The notes: generated from the sequence alone by a model not told the origin. Shown: positions 48,124-59,041, counted from the first letter of the stretch. The stretch is 64,000 nucleotides of DNA from Bacillota bacterium (GCA_023388055.1 JAEWGW010000026.1:11637-75636), one strand, 5' to 3'. Program-made: numbers and translations.

Positions 48124-49929
48124 TTGAACACACTCCGGTTCTCCCGGTTGCGCAAAAGCATCTTCGCCAAATTTGCCTTTTCCTTTATTACCGTCGGCCT
48201 GATTCCGCTTTTGGTGCTCAGCTTCTTCGCGTTGAACACCTTCGGTAATTACATGGAGCGGTACTCCATTAACAGCTTCGAGCAGATGGTCCTGTACGCC
48301 GGCAAAAACGTAGACGACTTCTACACCAAATACAACAATATCTCCAAGCTGATGTACACCTTCGGCCAGCAGGGCAGCTACGGCCAATTCGGCAGACTGC
48401 TGGCGGAGCAGACCACCCCCAAGGACTACCAGCTGACGGCAACTGTCGATGATTTCCTGCACACAGTGGTAGCCACGGATGTCCACATCCGCAGCGCCGC
48501 GTTTGAGTTTCCGGACGGCAGCTACCAGGATGTCAGCCGGGACGGGAGCCGCATCGACTTCCGCTCCGAATTTCCGCCGCCGGACTGGGGCGTGGCTCTG
48601 GCCCGTAACCCCAAGCAGCTGATCATGTTTCCCACCCATCACCAGGACTATTACCCGGGCTCCGGCACCCAGGTGCTGACCTTTGCCCGCAATCTCATTG
48701 ACGTAGTGGGCAGCCCTGGGCTGGACGGGAATGTGGTGGGCAGCCTGTATGTGGACATCTCCTTAAGCGCATTCGATGAAATCTTCCAATACCTGACCAT
48801 CAGCCAGAAGGACGGCATGTACGTGATGGATGAGTCCGGGCGGATTCTTTACAGCAACAAGCATGATGCCATCGGTCAGATGTTTCAGCCTGTTTCCGAC
48901 TCCGAGGAGTATCACTATGTGCAGCATCTGATGCCCAATTCCGCCTGGAGTGTGGTGGGGGAGGTCAACAAGGATGAGCTGTTCGGTAGGATCAATACCA
49001 TTAAAAGTACCATCGCCATTGTCATCGGCCTGTGCATTCTTTCCCTGGTGATTGTGGCCGTGTGGTTCTCCAACAACCTGTCCAATCCCATCCGGACCAT
49101 CATCCGGCATATGGCGCGGGTGGAGTCCGGCAATTTTGACACCCAGGTACAGGTGAGATCGGCTGACGAAATCGGGATGCTGGCCAGAGGTTTCAACAAA
49201 ATGACCGACCGCCTCCAGAGCTACATTGATGAGGTGTATGTGGCCCAGATTAAGCAGAAGCAGGCGGAGCTCACCGCGCTCAAAAGCCAGATCCGCCCTC
49301 ATTATTTGTACAACACCCTGGAGGTTATCCGAATGAGCGCGGTGGCTAATGATGACGAGGAAGTGGCCGACATGATCATCGCCTTGTCCCAACAGCTGAA
49401 GTATGTGCTGGATTACGGGGAGGAAACGGTCACTCTTCTGGAGGAAAAGACCAACATCGAGCAGTATTACCGGCTCATGGAGCTGCGCTACGGCGAGCAT
49501 CGTCTGGCTATGGACCTGCGGATCGACGGGGAAACCCTTGGCTGCCTGCTGCCTAAGCTGACCCTCCAGCCCCTGGTAGAGAATGCCATCTACCACGGGA
49601 TCATGCCCAAAACCGGCAAAGGCACCATCCGCATCACCGCAGATGTGGAGGAGGACAGGCTGATCATTACCGTGGATGACGATGGTACGGGCATGACGGA
49701 GGAGTGTCTGGAGCGGCTACGGGAGAAGCTTGAGGGCCAAACCCCGGCAGAGCCTAGCGGTGGCGGCGGGATTGGCGTCAAAAACGTGCATGACCGGATT
49801 GCCGCCCTGTATGGGCTGGAATATGGAATCAAGATCAACAGCACACCCAATATCGGCACATCCGTGCGGGTGATTCTACCTTATCAGAAGGAGGCGGCGG
49901 ACAGTGATAACGGCACTGCTGGCGGATGA
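48124..49929 (+). CDS. YesM-type sensor histidine kinase
   Basis: Two TM segments, HAMP (DEIG.L...FN.M), LKSQIRPHYLYNTL, QPLVENA..HG, DDG.G; TTG start after GGAGG. Confidence 0.93.
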   Translation: MNTLRFSRLRKSIFAKFAFSFITVGLIPLLVLSFFALNTFGNYMERYSINSFEQMVLYAGKNVDDFYTKYNNISKLMYTFGQQGSYGQFGRLLAEQTTPKDYQLTATVDDFLHTVVATDVHIRSAAFEFPDGSYQDVSRDGSRIDFRSEFPPPDWGVALARNPKQLIMFPTHHQDYYPGSGTQVLTFARNLIDVVGSPGLDGNVVGSLYVDISLSAFDEIFQYLTISQKDGMYVMDESGRILYSNKHDAIGQMFQPVSDSEEYHYVQHLMPNSAWSVVGEVNKDELFGRINTIKSTIAIVIGLCILSLVIVAVWFSNNLSNPIRTIIRHMARVESGNFDTQVQVRSADEIGMLARGFNKMTDRLQSYIDEVYVAQIKQKQAELTALKSQIRPHYLYNTLEVIRMSAVANDDEEVADMIIALSQQLKYVLDYGEETVTLLEEKTNIEQYYRLMELRYGEHRLAMDLRIDGETLGCLLPKLTLQPLVENAIYHGIMPKTGKGTIRITADVEEDRLIITVDDDGTGMTEECLERLREKLEGQTPAEPSGGGGIGVKNVHDRIAALYGLEYGIKINSTPNIGTSVRVILPYQKEAADSDNGTAGG

Positions 49930-51514
49930 CGAACCGATTATTATCAAGGGACTGAAGAAGCTGATCCCCTGGGAGCAGCATGGCATACAGGTGATCGGGG
50001 AGGCTTATACCGGGCGCGGGCTTCTGGAGCTGATGGAAAAAGCAGAGCCGGACCTGATTATCACGGATATCAGCATGCCGGATGGCACGGGGATTGATGT
50101 GCTGAAGGAAATCGGCCGCCGCGGGCTGAAGACCAAGGTCATCTTCATTAGCGCCTACCAGGAATTTTCCTATGCCAAGGATGCATTAGCACTGGGAGCG
50201 GTGGACTATCTGGTGAAGCCCATTGAGAAGGGGCTGCTGCTGTCGGCGGTCGAGCGGGCTGTGGCTGCTTTGGAGGAGGAGTCCGAAGGCAAGCGGTTCA
50301 AGAGCAAGCTGGCGGTCTACGAGCATAAGGACCGGAAAACCCGGCTGGAGGAGCTGTTCGACCGGCTTTTGGATGGAGATATCCGCAAGGAGGAGGCCGA
50401 GGAGGAGCTGCGGACGTTGGAGGCGGGGTGCATTCATGAGAGCTTCACCGTGCTCCTGCTGGAATCGGAGCTGCCTGCGGAGGATACCCGCTGGGGGGAG
50501 CATGAGAAGCGGCTGCTGCTTTTTGCGGTGGGCAATATGGCGGAGGAGCTGCTGCGGCGGGAGCTGGCGGGGATTGTTCTCCGCAAGGGCGACAGACTGT
50601 GCGCTATCGTTAACCATCCTCCGGGAATGACGCTGGTGGCCCTTGCCCAGGACATGATCCGCAGCGCGGCCAGCTACCTGAAGGTGAATCTGTCCGTAGG
50701 AATCGGACAGGAGCATCAGGGACTGGAGGGAATTAAGGCCTCCTACCGGACGGCTGCAGAAGTGCTGACCCGGATTTTTTTCGCCGGCAGTGGGGGAGGA
50801 GCAGTGCTCTGGGACCGGGAGGAAGTTGGCGAAACCAATGGCGTTTCCGAGCGGGAGATGACCGATGCCCGGCAGGAAACTCTCCAGAGCTTTCTGGCGC
50901 GGGATCCGGAACGGCTGGAAACCGGGCTTGGCATCCTGTTTGAGCGGATGGAACGGTATGCCGGAGGCAGCAAGGACAAGGCAGTGATGGCCGCATATGC
51001 GACGGTGGTGGAGTGGGCGGAGGGTTTGGCAGGCTTCGGTATTTCCCTGGAGCAGGGGGAGCCGGAGATGCAGCAGCATCTGAATGCCATGGGGAGCACC
51101 CGCCGTTATGACGGACTGAAGGACTATGTCAGGCAATTTGCAGAGCAGATTTTCCGGAGGATGGAGTCGGGCAGCGGCGGCAAGGAGACCCAGCAGCTGG
51201 TCACCGTAAAGGCCTATATCCAAAACCATTATATGGAGAATATTACTCTGGAGGGTGCTGCCTCCAAAATTTTTATGAACCCCTATTACTTCAGCAGCTT
51301 CTTCAAAAAGCATACCCAAATGAATTTCAAGCAGTATCTCACGGAAATCCGGATGAAGGAAGCAGTGAGGCTTCTGCTCCAAACAGACCTGATGATCTAC
51401 GAAATCGCCGAGCGGGTGGGTTACAACAATTCCAGACAGTTCAGCGACATGTTCAAGAAGCACTTCGGCAAGCTGCCCCAGGAATACAAGGCACAGGGCG
51501 CGCCTAAAGGCTGA
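49904..51514 (+). CDS. YesN-type response regulator (receiver + AraC)
   Basis: ADDE, TDISMP..G, YLVKP; C-terminal YFS.FFKK / VGY...FS..FKK. Confidence 0.93.
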   Translation: MITALLADDEPIIIKGLKKLIPWEQHGIQVIGEAYTGRGLLELMEKAEPDLIITDISMPDGTGIDVLKEIGRRGLKTKVIFISAYQEFSYAKDALALGAVDYLVKPIEKGLLLSAVERAVAALEEESEGKRFKSKLAVYEHKDRKTRLEELFDRLLDGDIRKEEAEEELRTLEAGCIHESFTVLLLESELPAEDTRWGEHEKRLLLFAVGNMAEELLRRELAGIVLRKGDRLCAIVNHPPGMTLVALAQDMIRSAASYLKVNLSVGIGQEHQGLEGIKASYRTAAEVLTRIFFAGSGGGAVLWDREEVGETNGVSEREMTDARQETLQSFLARDPERLETGLGILFERMERYAGGSKDKAVMAAYATVVEWAEGLAGFGISLEQGEPEMQQHLNAMGSTRRYDGLKDYVRQFAEQIFRRMESGSGGKETQQLVTVKAYIQNHYMENITLEGAASKIFMNPYYFSSFFKKHTQMNFKQYLTEIRMKEAVRLLLQTDLMIYEIAERVGYNNSRQFSDMFKKHFGKLPQEYKAQGAPKG

Positions 51515-51589
51515 CCTGGAGATCATTGCGGAGACAAGAACGAAGGGAGAGACTGTCCGTCCAGTCTCTTCCATAAAAGGGGGATGGGT

Positions 51590-53782
51590 ATGCGGCTGTT
51601 GAAGCGTTATAAAGATACCGTGTTCACGCGGCTGATTCTTTCTTACACAATCTTCACTCTTATTCTGGTGGGGGTGGCAGGGGGGTATTTGTATACCCGG
51701 GCCAACCGCCTGATGCTGGAGGAAATTACCAAGGAAAGTGACAACCGGCTGCAGGCGGTCCAGAGATATGCCGAGGAGACGCTGCTGCGCCAGTATGAGG
51801 AGAGTGTGGAGAACAAGGCCAAGTCCACCTACTATTTTAACGGCAAATCGGACTTAAGCTTCTTCCTGGAAAATGGGTGGGAGAATAACCTGTACCGGAT
51901 ATCCCTATTCCGGGAGGAGCTGCTGTTCCAGAAGCAGTCCATGGAGGGTGTGGCGGCCGTTACCGCTTTTTTCAGCAACCGGGATTATGCGGTGGACAGC
52001 AATAATTTTTATATGACCGCAGACAATTCCACGGACAAGGATTTTTTGGAGCGGGTAACGGAGCTGCCGGCGGGCCAATGGTTCGGCAGAGTGCTCAGCG
52101 ACGGCAAGGAGGTGCTGACCTACGTGACCAAGCTTCCCTATTACAGCATCAATGAGCCTGCCAGAGGATATTTGTTCATCGATGTGGAGCGGAATTACGT
52201 ATATAACGCGGTGGCTCGAATCATGAATGCCTCAGGACGGCTGTACATACTGGATCACAACGGCATGCCCGTATTCAATAACGGCGGATCCACCGAGGAG
52301 GAGCTGGCGATTGTGAAGACGGCTATGCAGGCCGGTACACCTGTTAACGAGTTCTCCAGCGGGGAGGACCGGTATGTGCTGGCGCAGCTCAGAAGCCGGG
52401 ATAATGATTGGACCTATGTGATGGTCCGGCCCTTAAATGCTTTTGCCTTGTCCACCAGGGCTTTTCAAACCCAGCTGTTTGTCTGCGGGCTGGCGGTGCT
52501 GGTTTTCGGCCTCATAATCTCCTATTTTATGTCCAGACAGCTGTACACTCCCTTGAAGGGATTGATCCAATACATCCGTGGTGTATATCAGCATTCCGGG
52601 CCGGGTCAGGGTAACCAGGTGTGGATAAATGAATACGCATACATCGGGAACGCCTTGAGGAATATGGACGAGAAAATCGGGCTATTGGAGGCCAAATCCA
52701 AACGCAGCGAGCTGCGCAATCTGGTGCTTGGCGCCCCCATAGGGCTGGAGCAGATGGATATGCTGCCTGCGGGCTACAGGTATTGCTCAGGCTACATCTG
52801 TTTACTGGAGGGTGGTTCCGGCCCTCTTCAGGAATATTACGACCAGTCGGAGCACCACATCCCCGGCATCTTTATTTCCCTGAACCAGTCGGAGGCCGCT
52901 GTTATTTATTACACCCGGGAGAACGGGACAGAGCAGGAGCTGTTAATCCAGCAGGAGCTAATCAGGCTGCAGGGAGAAGTCAAGGCGGAAATCCGCTTCG
53001 GCGGAGCTACGGGAAGCTGGGCGGAATCCGTAGAGAATATCCCGCTATCCTTTCAGGCAGCCAGGATGGCCTACCGGTACTGCTTTTTCTATGGAACCGA
53101 TGCGATTATCCGGTATACCTCCCTGCAATCCTTCACTCGGAGACCGCTGATGTTTTCCTTCGAGCAGTACCAGCACATTCTGAAAGCCGGGGATATTCCC
53201 GGCACCAACCGGTTTATTGACAGCTTCGCGGAGGTGCTGAAGCAGAGCATACAGCTGGAAACGGTGGAGCTGGCGCTGCTGCAGATCTCCTCGGCCATTT
53301 ATCAGGTGGTGATCGAATTGGAGCTGCAGCTTCTGATTCCGCCCTCCAATCTGTTTGATGAGCTGAAGAAGGATACTCTGGATGCGACTCTGGACAACAT
53401 CCGCAGTCTTTCCGTGCAAATTGCCGCCCATGTGAAGGAATCCGGAAACCAGGCCCATGCCGAGGTGGTTCAAAAGCTCAAGGCCTATATCGACGAGCAT
53501 CTGGAGGATAACCTGTCCCTGAACATCTTGTCCGAGGTGGCCAATCTGGCACCCGCTTATCTATCCACGCTCTTCGGCGAGGTGATGAAGGAGTCCTTCA
53601 CCGATTATGTGACCCGGGTCCGGCTGGACAAGGCCGCTGCTATCCTGCAAGAGAACACGGACCTGTCCGTTACCGAAATCGCCAGTCAGGTCGGGTACAA
53701 GAATGTGCAGTATTTCCACAACAAGTTCAAGCAAAAATACGGGGTGACCCCTGTTCAATACCGTCATGCCATGAAATCCTAG
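51590..53782 (+). CDS. YesS-like membrane-anchored AraC regulator
   Basis: Two TM segments, extracellular sensor region, C-terminal AraC HTH; alternative ATG 51584. Confidence 0.9.
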   Translation: MRLLKRYKDTVFTRLILSYTIFTLILVGVAGGYLYTRANRLMLEEITKESDNRLQAVQRYAEETLLRQYEESVENKAKSTYYFNGKSDLSFFLENGWENNLYRISLFREELLFQKQSMEGVAAVTAFFSNRDYAVDSNNFYMTADNSTDKDFLERVTELPAGQWFGRVLSDGKEVLTYVTKLPYYSINEPARGYLFIDVERNYVYNAVARIMNASGRLYILDHNGMPVFNNGGSTEEELAIVKTAMQAGTPVNEFSSGEDRYVLAQLRSRDNDWTYVMVRPLNAFALSTRAFQTQLFVCGLAVLVFGLIISYFMSRQLYTPLKGLIQYIRGVYQHSGPGQGNQVWINEYAYIGNALRNMDEKIGLLEAKSKRSELRNLVLGAPIGLEQMDMLPAGYRYCSGYICLLEGGSGPLQEYYDQSEHHIPGIFISLNQSEAAVIYYTRENGTEQELLIQQELIRLQGEVKAEIRFGGATGSWAESVENIPLSFQAARMAYRYCFFYGTDAIIRYTSLQSFTRRPLMFSFEQYQHILKAGDIPGTNRFIDSFAEVLKQSIQLETVELALLQISSAIYQVVIELELQLLIPPSNLFDELKKDTLDATLDNIRSLSVQIAAHVKESGNQAHAEVVQKLKAYIDEHLEDNLSLNILSEVANLAPAYLSTLFGEVMKESFTDYVTRVRLDKAAAILQENTDLSVTEIASQVGYKNVQYFHNKFKQKYGVTPVQYRHAMKS

Positions 53783-53809
53783 GCTTTATACTTTGTTCCG
53801 GTCAAAAAT

Positions 53810-53884
53810 TTAAAAGAAATTGCAAGCCCGATTAAAAGAAAACGCAATGATTTGAATGGTTTTACAATTGAAAAAACGCTTTCA
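53810..53884 (+). promoter_or_regulatory. Direct repeat TTAAAAGAAA..GCAA (22-bp pitch), -10 TACAAT and partial cre-like site
   Basis: Units at 53810 and 53832; TACAAT 53863-53868; AAAACGCTTTCA 53873-53884. Confidence 0.5.
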
Positions 53885-53955
53885 TGTTTGTATATTTATG
53901 AGCGAGGAGTGGAGGCAACAGAAACAATACGCGAGGTTGAAAGGAGAATGAACGC

Positions 53956-54933
53956 ATGAACCCGGAGCATGCAACAGGTGCAGGCAGCATCGAAGGGACC
54001 GCAAGCAGGAAAACATCCCCGAAAACAGGCGGGGTCTGGACACAATATGTACGGAACAGATATTTGTTTATGATGTTGTTTCCGGTCCTGATCTGGTATG
54101 GGGTGTTCGCTTACGGTCCCATGTACGGCATCCAGCTGGCATTTAAGGATTATATGATCCGAGACGGTATTTGGGCGAGCCCTTGGGTCGGATTGAAGCA
54201 CTTTGAGTATCTGTTTTCCCTGTCCCCGGATTTCTGGCATATTATTGGAAATACGCTGATCATCAGCGCCTACCACATTATCTTCGGTTTCCCGGCGCCT
54301 ATTATATTGGCGCTTCTGCTGAACGAAATCCGGTTTCCCCTGTTCAAAAAAATTGCCCAAACGATTTCCTATCTGCCCCACTTTTTATCGTGGATCGTCA
54401 TCGGCGGTATTCTGATCTCCCTGTTGTCCCCCGGGACAGGCGTCATTAATTATTTCATCAAGATGCTTGGTTTTGATCCCATCTACTTCCTGGGGCAGGA
54501 GAAATACTTTCGTTTTACCCTGGTCACCTCGGCCATATGGAAGGAAGTAGGCTGGGGCACCATTATCTATCTGGCAGCCTTGGCGGGCGTGGATTCCCAG
54601 CTGTATGAGGCAGCTGTATTGGATGGGGCCAACCGCTGGAAGCAAACCCTGCATGTGACCATTCCTGCTCTGCTGCCTACCATCGCCATTCTTCTGATTA
54701 TGCGGGTTGGGGGCATTCTTGATGCAGGCTTCGATCAGATTTATACTCTGTATTCGCCAGCGGTGTACGGTGTTGCCGATGTGCTGGATACGTATGTATA
54801 CCGGGTGGGTCTCCAGGGCATGCAGTTTGGCATGACCACAGCCGTGGGCCTGTTCAAGAATATCATCGGACTGGCACTGGTTCTGTCCACCAATTACTTC
54901 GTCAAGAAAATGGGACAGGAAGGGCTTCTGTGA
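53956..54933 (+). CDS. Oligosaccharide ABC permease (LplB type)
   Basis: YGPMYG..LAFK, YLPHFLSW, YEAAVLDGA. Confidence 0.93.
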   Translation: MNPEHATGAGSIEGTASRKTSPKTGGVWTQYVRNRYLFMMLFPVLIWYGVFAYGPMYGIQLAFKDYMIRDGIWASPWVGLKHFEYLFSLSPDFWHIIGNTLIISAYHIIFGFPAPIILALLLNEIRFPLFKKIAQTISYLPHFLSWIVIGGILISLLSPGTGVINYFIKMLGFDPIYFLGQEKYFRFTLVTSAIWKEVGWGTIIYLAALAGVDSQLYEAAVLDGANRWKQTLHVTIPALLPTIAILLIMRVGGILDAGFDQIYTLYSPAVYGVADVLDTYVYRVGLQGMQFGMTTAVGLFKNIIGLALVLSTNYFVKKMGQEGLL

Positions 54934-54955
54934 TGCGCAGAAGGGTGTGGATACG

Positions 54956-55819
54956 ATGAAAATGTCAGCAGGAGAAAAGGGCTTCCAGTTTTTTCTGATT
55001 CTGTTTTTTACCATTCTAAGTGTGGCCATGATTTATCCGTTTTTGCATGTGCTCTCCATCTCCTTAAGCACCGCCAGGGAAGCGCTGCGGCCGGGTTTGC
55101 ATTTTTTCCCGCATGAAATCTCGTTATTCGCCTGGAAGAAGGTCTTTACCACCAATACGGTGTGGCTGGCCTTCGGCAATACGGTTTTCCGGACGGTGAT
55201 GGGTACGTTCTTATCCCTGATCGCCATGTCATTGGCCGCTTATCCGCTCTCCCGGAAATACCTGCCGCACCGCAGCTTTTATATGACGTTTATTATCATC
55301 ACCATGTTCTTCAGCGGGGGGCTGATTCCCAGCTATCTCTTGATCAAGTCTCTGGGTCTGGTGGATTCCCGTTGGGTTCTCATCATTCCCGGCTTGATCA
55401 GCACCTATTCCATGTTTATCCTCCGCAATTTCTATATGGGGATCCCGTCAGAGCTTGAGGATTCGGCCAAAATGGACGGGGCCAATGATATCCGCATTCT
55501 GTTCAGTGTGATTATTCCTCTGTCCAAGCCGGTATTGGCCACTCTGGCCCTCTGGTCTGCAGTAGGGCACTGGAATGCCTGGTTCGACGCGCTGATCTAT
55601 CTGCAGGACCCGGACAAGATTGTGCTGCAAACCTACCTCAGGCGGCTGGTTATTACGGCAGAGGGAGATCCGATATTGCCTCTGCGCACACCGGACATGG
55701 AGCCGGAAACCGTCAAAGCGGCGGTGATCATGTTTACGGCCCTGCCGATTCTGATCCTGTATCCTTTCCTGCAGCGGTACTTTGTCAAAGGTGTTATGGT
55801 GGGTTCGCTCAAGGGTTAA
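54956..55819 (+). CDS. Oligosaccharide ABC permease (LplC type)
   Basis: FSGGLIP.Y, DSAKMDGA, HWNAWF, YPFLQRYFVKG..GSLKG; alternative GTG 54947. Confidence 0.93.
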   Translation: MKMSAGEKGFQFFLILFFTILSVAMIYPFLHVLSISLSTAREALRPGLHFFPHEISLFAWKKVFTTNTVWLAFGNTVFRTVMGTFLSLIAMSLAAYPLSRKYLPHRSFYMTFIIITMFFSGGLIPSYLLIKSLGLVDSRWVLIIPGLISTYSMFILRNFYMGIPSELEDSAKMDGANDIRILFSVIIPLSKPVLATLALWSAVGHWNAWFDALIYLQDPDKIVLQTYLRRLVITAEGDPILPLRTPDMEPETVKAAVIMFTALPILILYPFLQRYFVKGVMVGSLKG

Positions 55820-55898
55820 AAAGTTCGGTTTAAGCGGCGCGTTCCAGTGGGCGCCCGTCTAAATAATACTCGCATTCAAAACGGGAGGAACACACACA

Positions 55899-57476
55899 AT
55901 GGGTCAAAGAAAAAAAGCTGCTGCTGCCGCTACGGCGGTGCTGCTGTCGGCATCCCTTATGGCAGGCTGCAGCGGGAATAACAATTCAACCGCTTCCTCA
56001 GCGCCCGGCTCCACAGCCAAAAGCGAGAAGCCTATCGAGATCGTCATTGCCAACAACTACAACGCTCCGGAGACAGACGACAACTATGTCCAGAAGAAGC
56101 TGGAGGAAAAGCTGAATATCAAGATCAAAAATGTGAAATACGAACGCAGCAGCTGGCGTGAGAAGTTCAGCGTCCTGTTAGCCTCCGGCGATGTGCCCGA
56201 TCTGTTCCCGGTGGACGTTACCGAAACCGATATGGTGCAATGGGCGGACCAGGGAATTATCGCTCCCGTACCGGTGGAGGACATTAAGCAGTATATGCCC
56301 AATTACGTGAAGGCCTTGGATGCAGTTGACAATACCGCTTGGGAAATCGGCTTGTACAAAGGCCAGAACTATGGGGTGCCCCGGGTCTATCTGGGCGGGT
56401 TGAACGGCTTTCTGCCGGCTTACAATGAGCAATGGCTGAAGAAGATCGGTTATACCTCCACACCCAAAACACTGGCTGAGGTGGAGGATGTGCTGAACAA
56501 GTTTGTCAACAATGATCCCGATGGCAACGGCAAAAAGGACACCTACGGGCTAGGCGGCAGAGGAAAGCTGACCAACCAGCTGTTCCCCAGCATCTTCGCA
56601 GCCCATAATGTGGCTCCGTACCAGTTCCGGTTGGGCGCCGACGGCAAGGCGGAGTATGGCGGCGTGTCGGAAAGCTCCCGTGCCGCTCTGAAGCTGCTGG
56701 CCAAATGGTACAAGGCCGGATATATCGATCCTGAATTCATCACCTCGGATAATAACGAGAATAACGTGAAGGTGGCCAACCAAAAAATCGGGATGCTGGA
56801 CAATGTTCAACCCGGCAACACGTATCTGGAATCCGGCTACATCGGCAAAGCTGCATATGAGAAGGGCTTAAGCTATATTCCAGGCTCCATCGTCTCCACC
56901 GACGGACAGCTTCATGCGATTGCATACGGTGCCCGCCAGGCGCCTATCCTGATCGGAACGGATGCTGTGAAGGACAAGGCCAAGCTGGCCAAAATCCTGC
57001 AACTGCTGGAATATGTATCTACTTCCGATGAGGGCTGGCTGCTGACCCAATACGGAGAGGAAGGCAATACCTACACCAAGGATCCGCAAACCAATCTGGT
57101 CACCGCCAGCACCGATCCCAACAAAGCAGGCAACAAGGTAGGCGCCTCCGGCTTCTACAATATGCTGGGCGGTGTGGACCGGTCCAAGACCAAGTTTAAT
57201 ACCAAGCCTGTGTATGATGAATTGGCCAAGAAGTATTACACCGATCCCGGCATCAAGCTGATCACCGACCTGATCGGGCCCACTTCCTTGACCAGCAAGC
57301 CGAAATACTGGACCAATCTGCAGACTCTTCAGGACAGCTATTTCATTAAAGCGGTTCTGGGCGAAGTCAATACGGACGGGGATTTTGATACCTATAAGGC
57401 CAACTGGCTGAAATCCGGCGGCCAAGAGGTCACCAATGAAGTAACCAAGGTATATGAGGAACGCAAGAAGAAATAA
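55899..57476 (+). CDS. Oligosaccharide-binding lipoprotein (LplA-like)
   Basis: Lipobox MAGC; LASGDVPD, DPDGNGKKDTYG, WYKAGYIDPE. Confidence 0.92.
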   Translation: MGQRKKAAAAATAVLLSASLMAGCSGNNNSTASSAPGSTAKSEKPIEIVIANNYNAPETDDNYVQKKLEEKLNIKIKNVKYERSSWREKFSVLLASGDVPDLFPVDVTETDMVQWADQGIIAPVPVEDIKQYMPNYVKALDAVDNTAWEIGLYKGQNYGVPRVYLGGLNGFLPAYNEQWLKKIGYTSTPKTLAEVEDVLNKFVNNDPDGNGKKDTYGLGGRGKLTNQLFPSIFAAHNVAPYQFRLGADGKAEYGGVSESSRAALKLLAKWYKAGYIDPEFITSDNNENNVKVANQKIGMLDNVQPGNTYLESGYIGKAAYEKGLSYIPGSIVSTDGQLHAIAYGARQAPILIGTDAVKDKAKLAKILQLLEYVSTSDEGWLLTQYGEEGNTYTKDPQTNLVTASTDPNKAGNKVGASGFYNMLGGVDRSKTKFNTKPVYDELAKKYYTDPGIKLITDLIGPTSLTSKPKYWTNLQTLQDSYFIKAVLGEVNTDGDFDTYKANWLKSGGQEVTNEVTKVYEERKKK

Positions 57477-57578
57477 GGATCGGGCAGACAGAGGACCGGA
57501 GCAGAGTGTTGGTGTTCCGGTCCTTCCTGTATACAGACATTCAAGCGTACAGACGTACAGACATGAAGGAAGGACAGG

Positions 57579-59027
57579 ATGTACCATATGAATGCTCAAC
57601 TAAAGGTTTATCCGGCTCCGGCGGAGGCTCCGGCCAGCTCCGATTATACGGTTCGGGCCAGAGTACCCGATGGGGAATGGCAGGAGCTGTTTACGTATGA
57701 GGTGCTGGTGGATATGCATCAGGTGCGGAAATCCAGTATGGTCACCTTTGATTTCGAAGGTGCCGTAGAGATGGAGGTGCTGTGCCGCAGGGGAGCTCCC
57801 CGGGAGGTGGAACTTAGGCCCAAGGCGTTGGGGATTGTCCCGCAGCTGGAGGAAAACCGGATTTTGTTCCGGCTGGACCGCCCCTGCAAGCTGAGTGTGG
57901 AGGCGGATGGCGACAGGTACCATAATCTCCATGTGTTTGCCAACAGCATGGAGAAGGATGCGCCTCAGCCCGGGGATGCCGGTGTAGTATTCCTTGCACC
58001 AGGTGTGCATAAAAGTGCTGATCTCGTTGAAAAATTGAGTGGGATGGGGAGCAGCGGTCCGGAGCCAGCTGTCCTTTACTTCGGGCCGGGTTTTCACCGG
58101 CTGGAGGAAGGGCTTTTGCCGGTCCCCTCGGGCAAAACCGTGTATCTGGCGGGAGGCGCCATGCTTGTAGGTTCCATGCTGTGCAAGCATGTGGAGGATG
58201 TCACCATAAGTGGACGGGGAATCATCTTCTTGCGGGATATTGCCAAAACCACCTATTGGCGGAGCGTACAGATCGATTTTTCCCGGAATATCCGGGTGGA
58301 GGACATTATATCCGTTGATCCTCCCCATTACAGCATCCATCTGGGCCAGTCGGAGCAGGTGTATATCGGCAATTTCAAATCCTTCAGCACCCGTGGCTGG
58401 TGCGACGGCATCGATATGATGTCCTGCAGGGATATCGTCATTGAGGATGTGTTCCTGCGGACCTCAGACGATTGTATTGCCATCTACGGCAGCAGAGGGG
58501 ACTTCAAGGGGGATACACGGTCCGTTACGGTCCGTAATTCCATTCTGTGGGCGGATGTGGCCCATCCGGTGAATATTGGCTGCCACGGTGATCATGGCGG
58601 CATTGGGGATATCATAGCGGATATTCATTTTGACCAGATTGATATTCTCGAGCATCATGAGCCGCAGGACGGGTATTGGGGCTGTATGTCCATTAATGTT
58701 GGGGATAAGAATACCGTTCGTGACGTCAGCTTCCGCAATATCCGGGTGGAGCCCTTCGAGCTGGGGCGTCTGATCGATATCCGGGTGCTCCAAAACGAAA
58801 AGTATAATCCCCACCCCGGCCAGGCGGTCCGCAATGTGGAATTTGAGAATGTCAGCTTCGACGGGGAATGCCCCCATCCCTCGGTCATCGAAGGTTATGA
58901 CGAGACCCGCACTGTGGAGGGCGTTGTGTTCCGCAACCTGCGGATCCATGGGCAGACTGTCCTTACACCGGAAGCGGGCAACTTCGTTATCGGCCAGCAT
59001 ACACACCATATTCGATTTGAAGAATAG
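57579..59027 (+). CDS. Beta-helix glycoside hydrolase (GH28/GH49-like), paralog 2
   Basis: Colinear with 46446-47888; WCDGID, RTSDDCIA. Confidence 0.82.
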   Translation: MYHMNAQLKVYPAPAEAPASSDYTVRARVPDGEWQELFTYEVLVDMHQVRKSSMVTFDFEGAVEMEVLCRRGAPREVELRPKALGIVPQLEENRILFRLDRPCKLSVEADGDRYHNLHVFANSMEKDAPQPGDAGVVFLAPGVHKSADLVEKLSGMGSSGPEPAVLYFGPGFHRLEEGLLPVPSGKTVYLAGGAMLVGSMLCKHVEDVTISGRGIIFLRDIAKTTYWRSVQIDFSRNIRVEDIISVDPPHYSIHLGQSEQVYIGNFKSFSTRGWCDGIDMMSCRDIVIEDVFLRTSDDCIAIYGSRGDFKGDTRSVTVRNSILWADVAHPVNIGCHGDHGGIGDIIADIHFDQIDILEHHEPQDGYWGCMSINVGDKNTVRDVSFRNIRVEPFELGRLIDIRVLQNEKYNPHPGQAVRNVEFENVSFDGECPHPSVIEGYDETRTVEGVVFRNLRIHGQTVLTPEAGNFVIGQHTHHIRFEE

Positions 59028-59041
59028 CGGGGAGGTTTATT

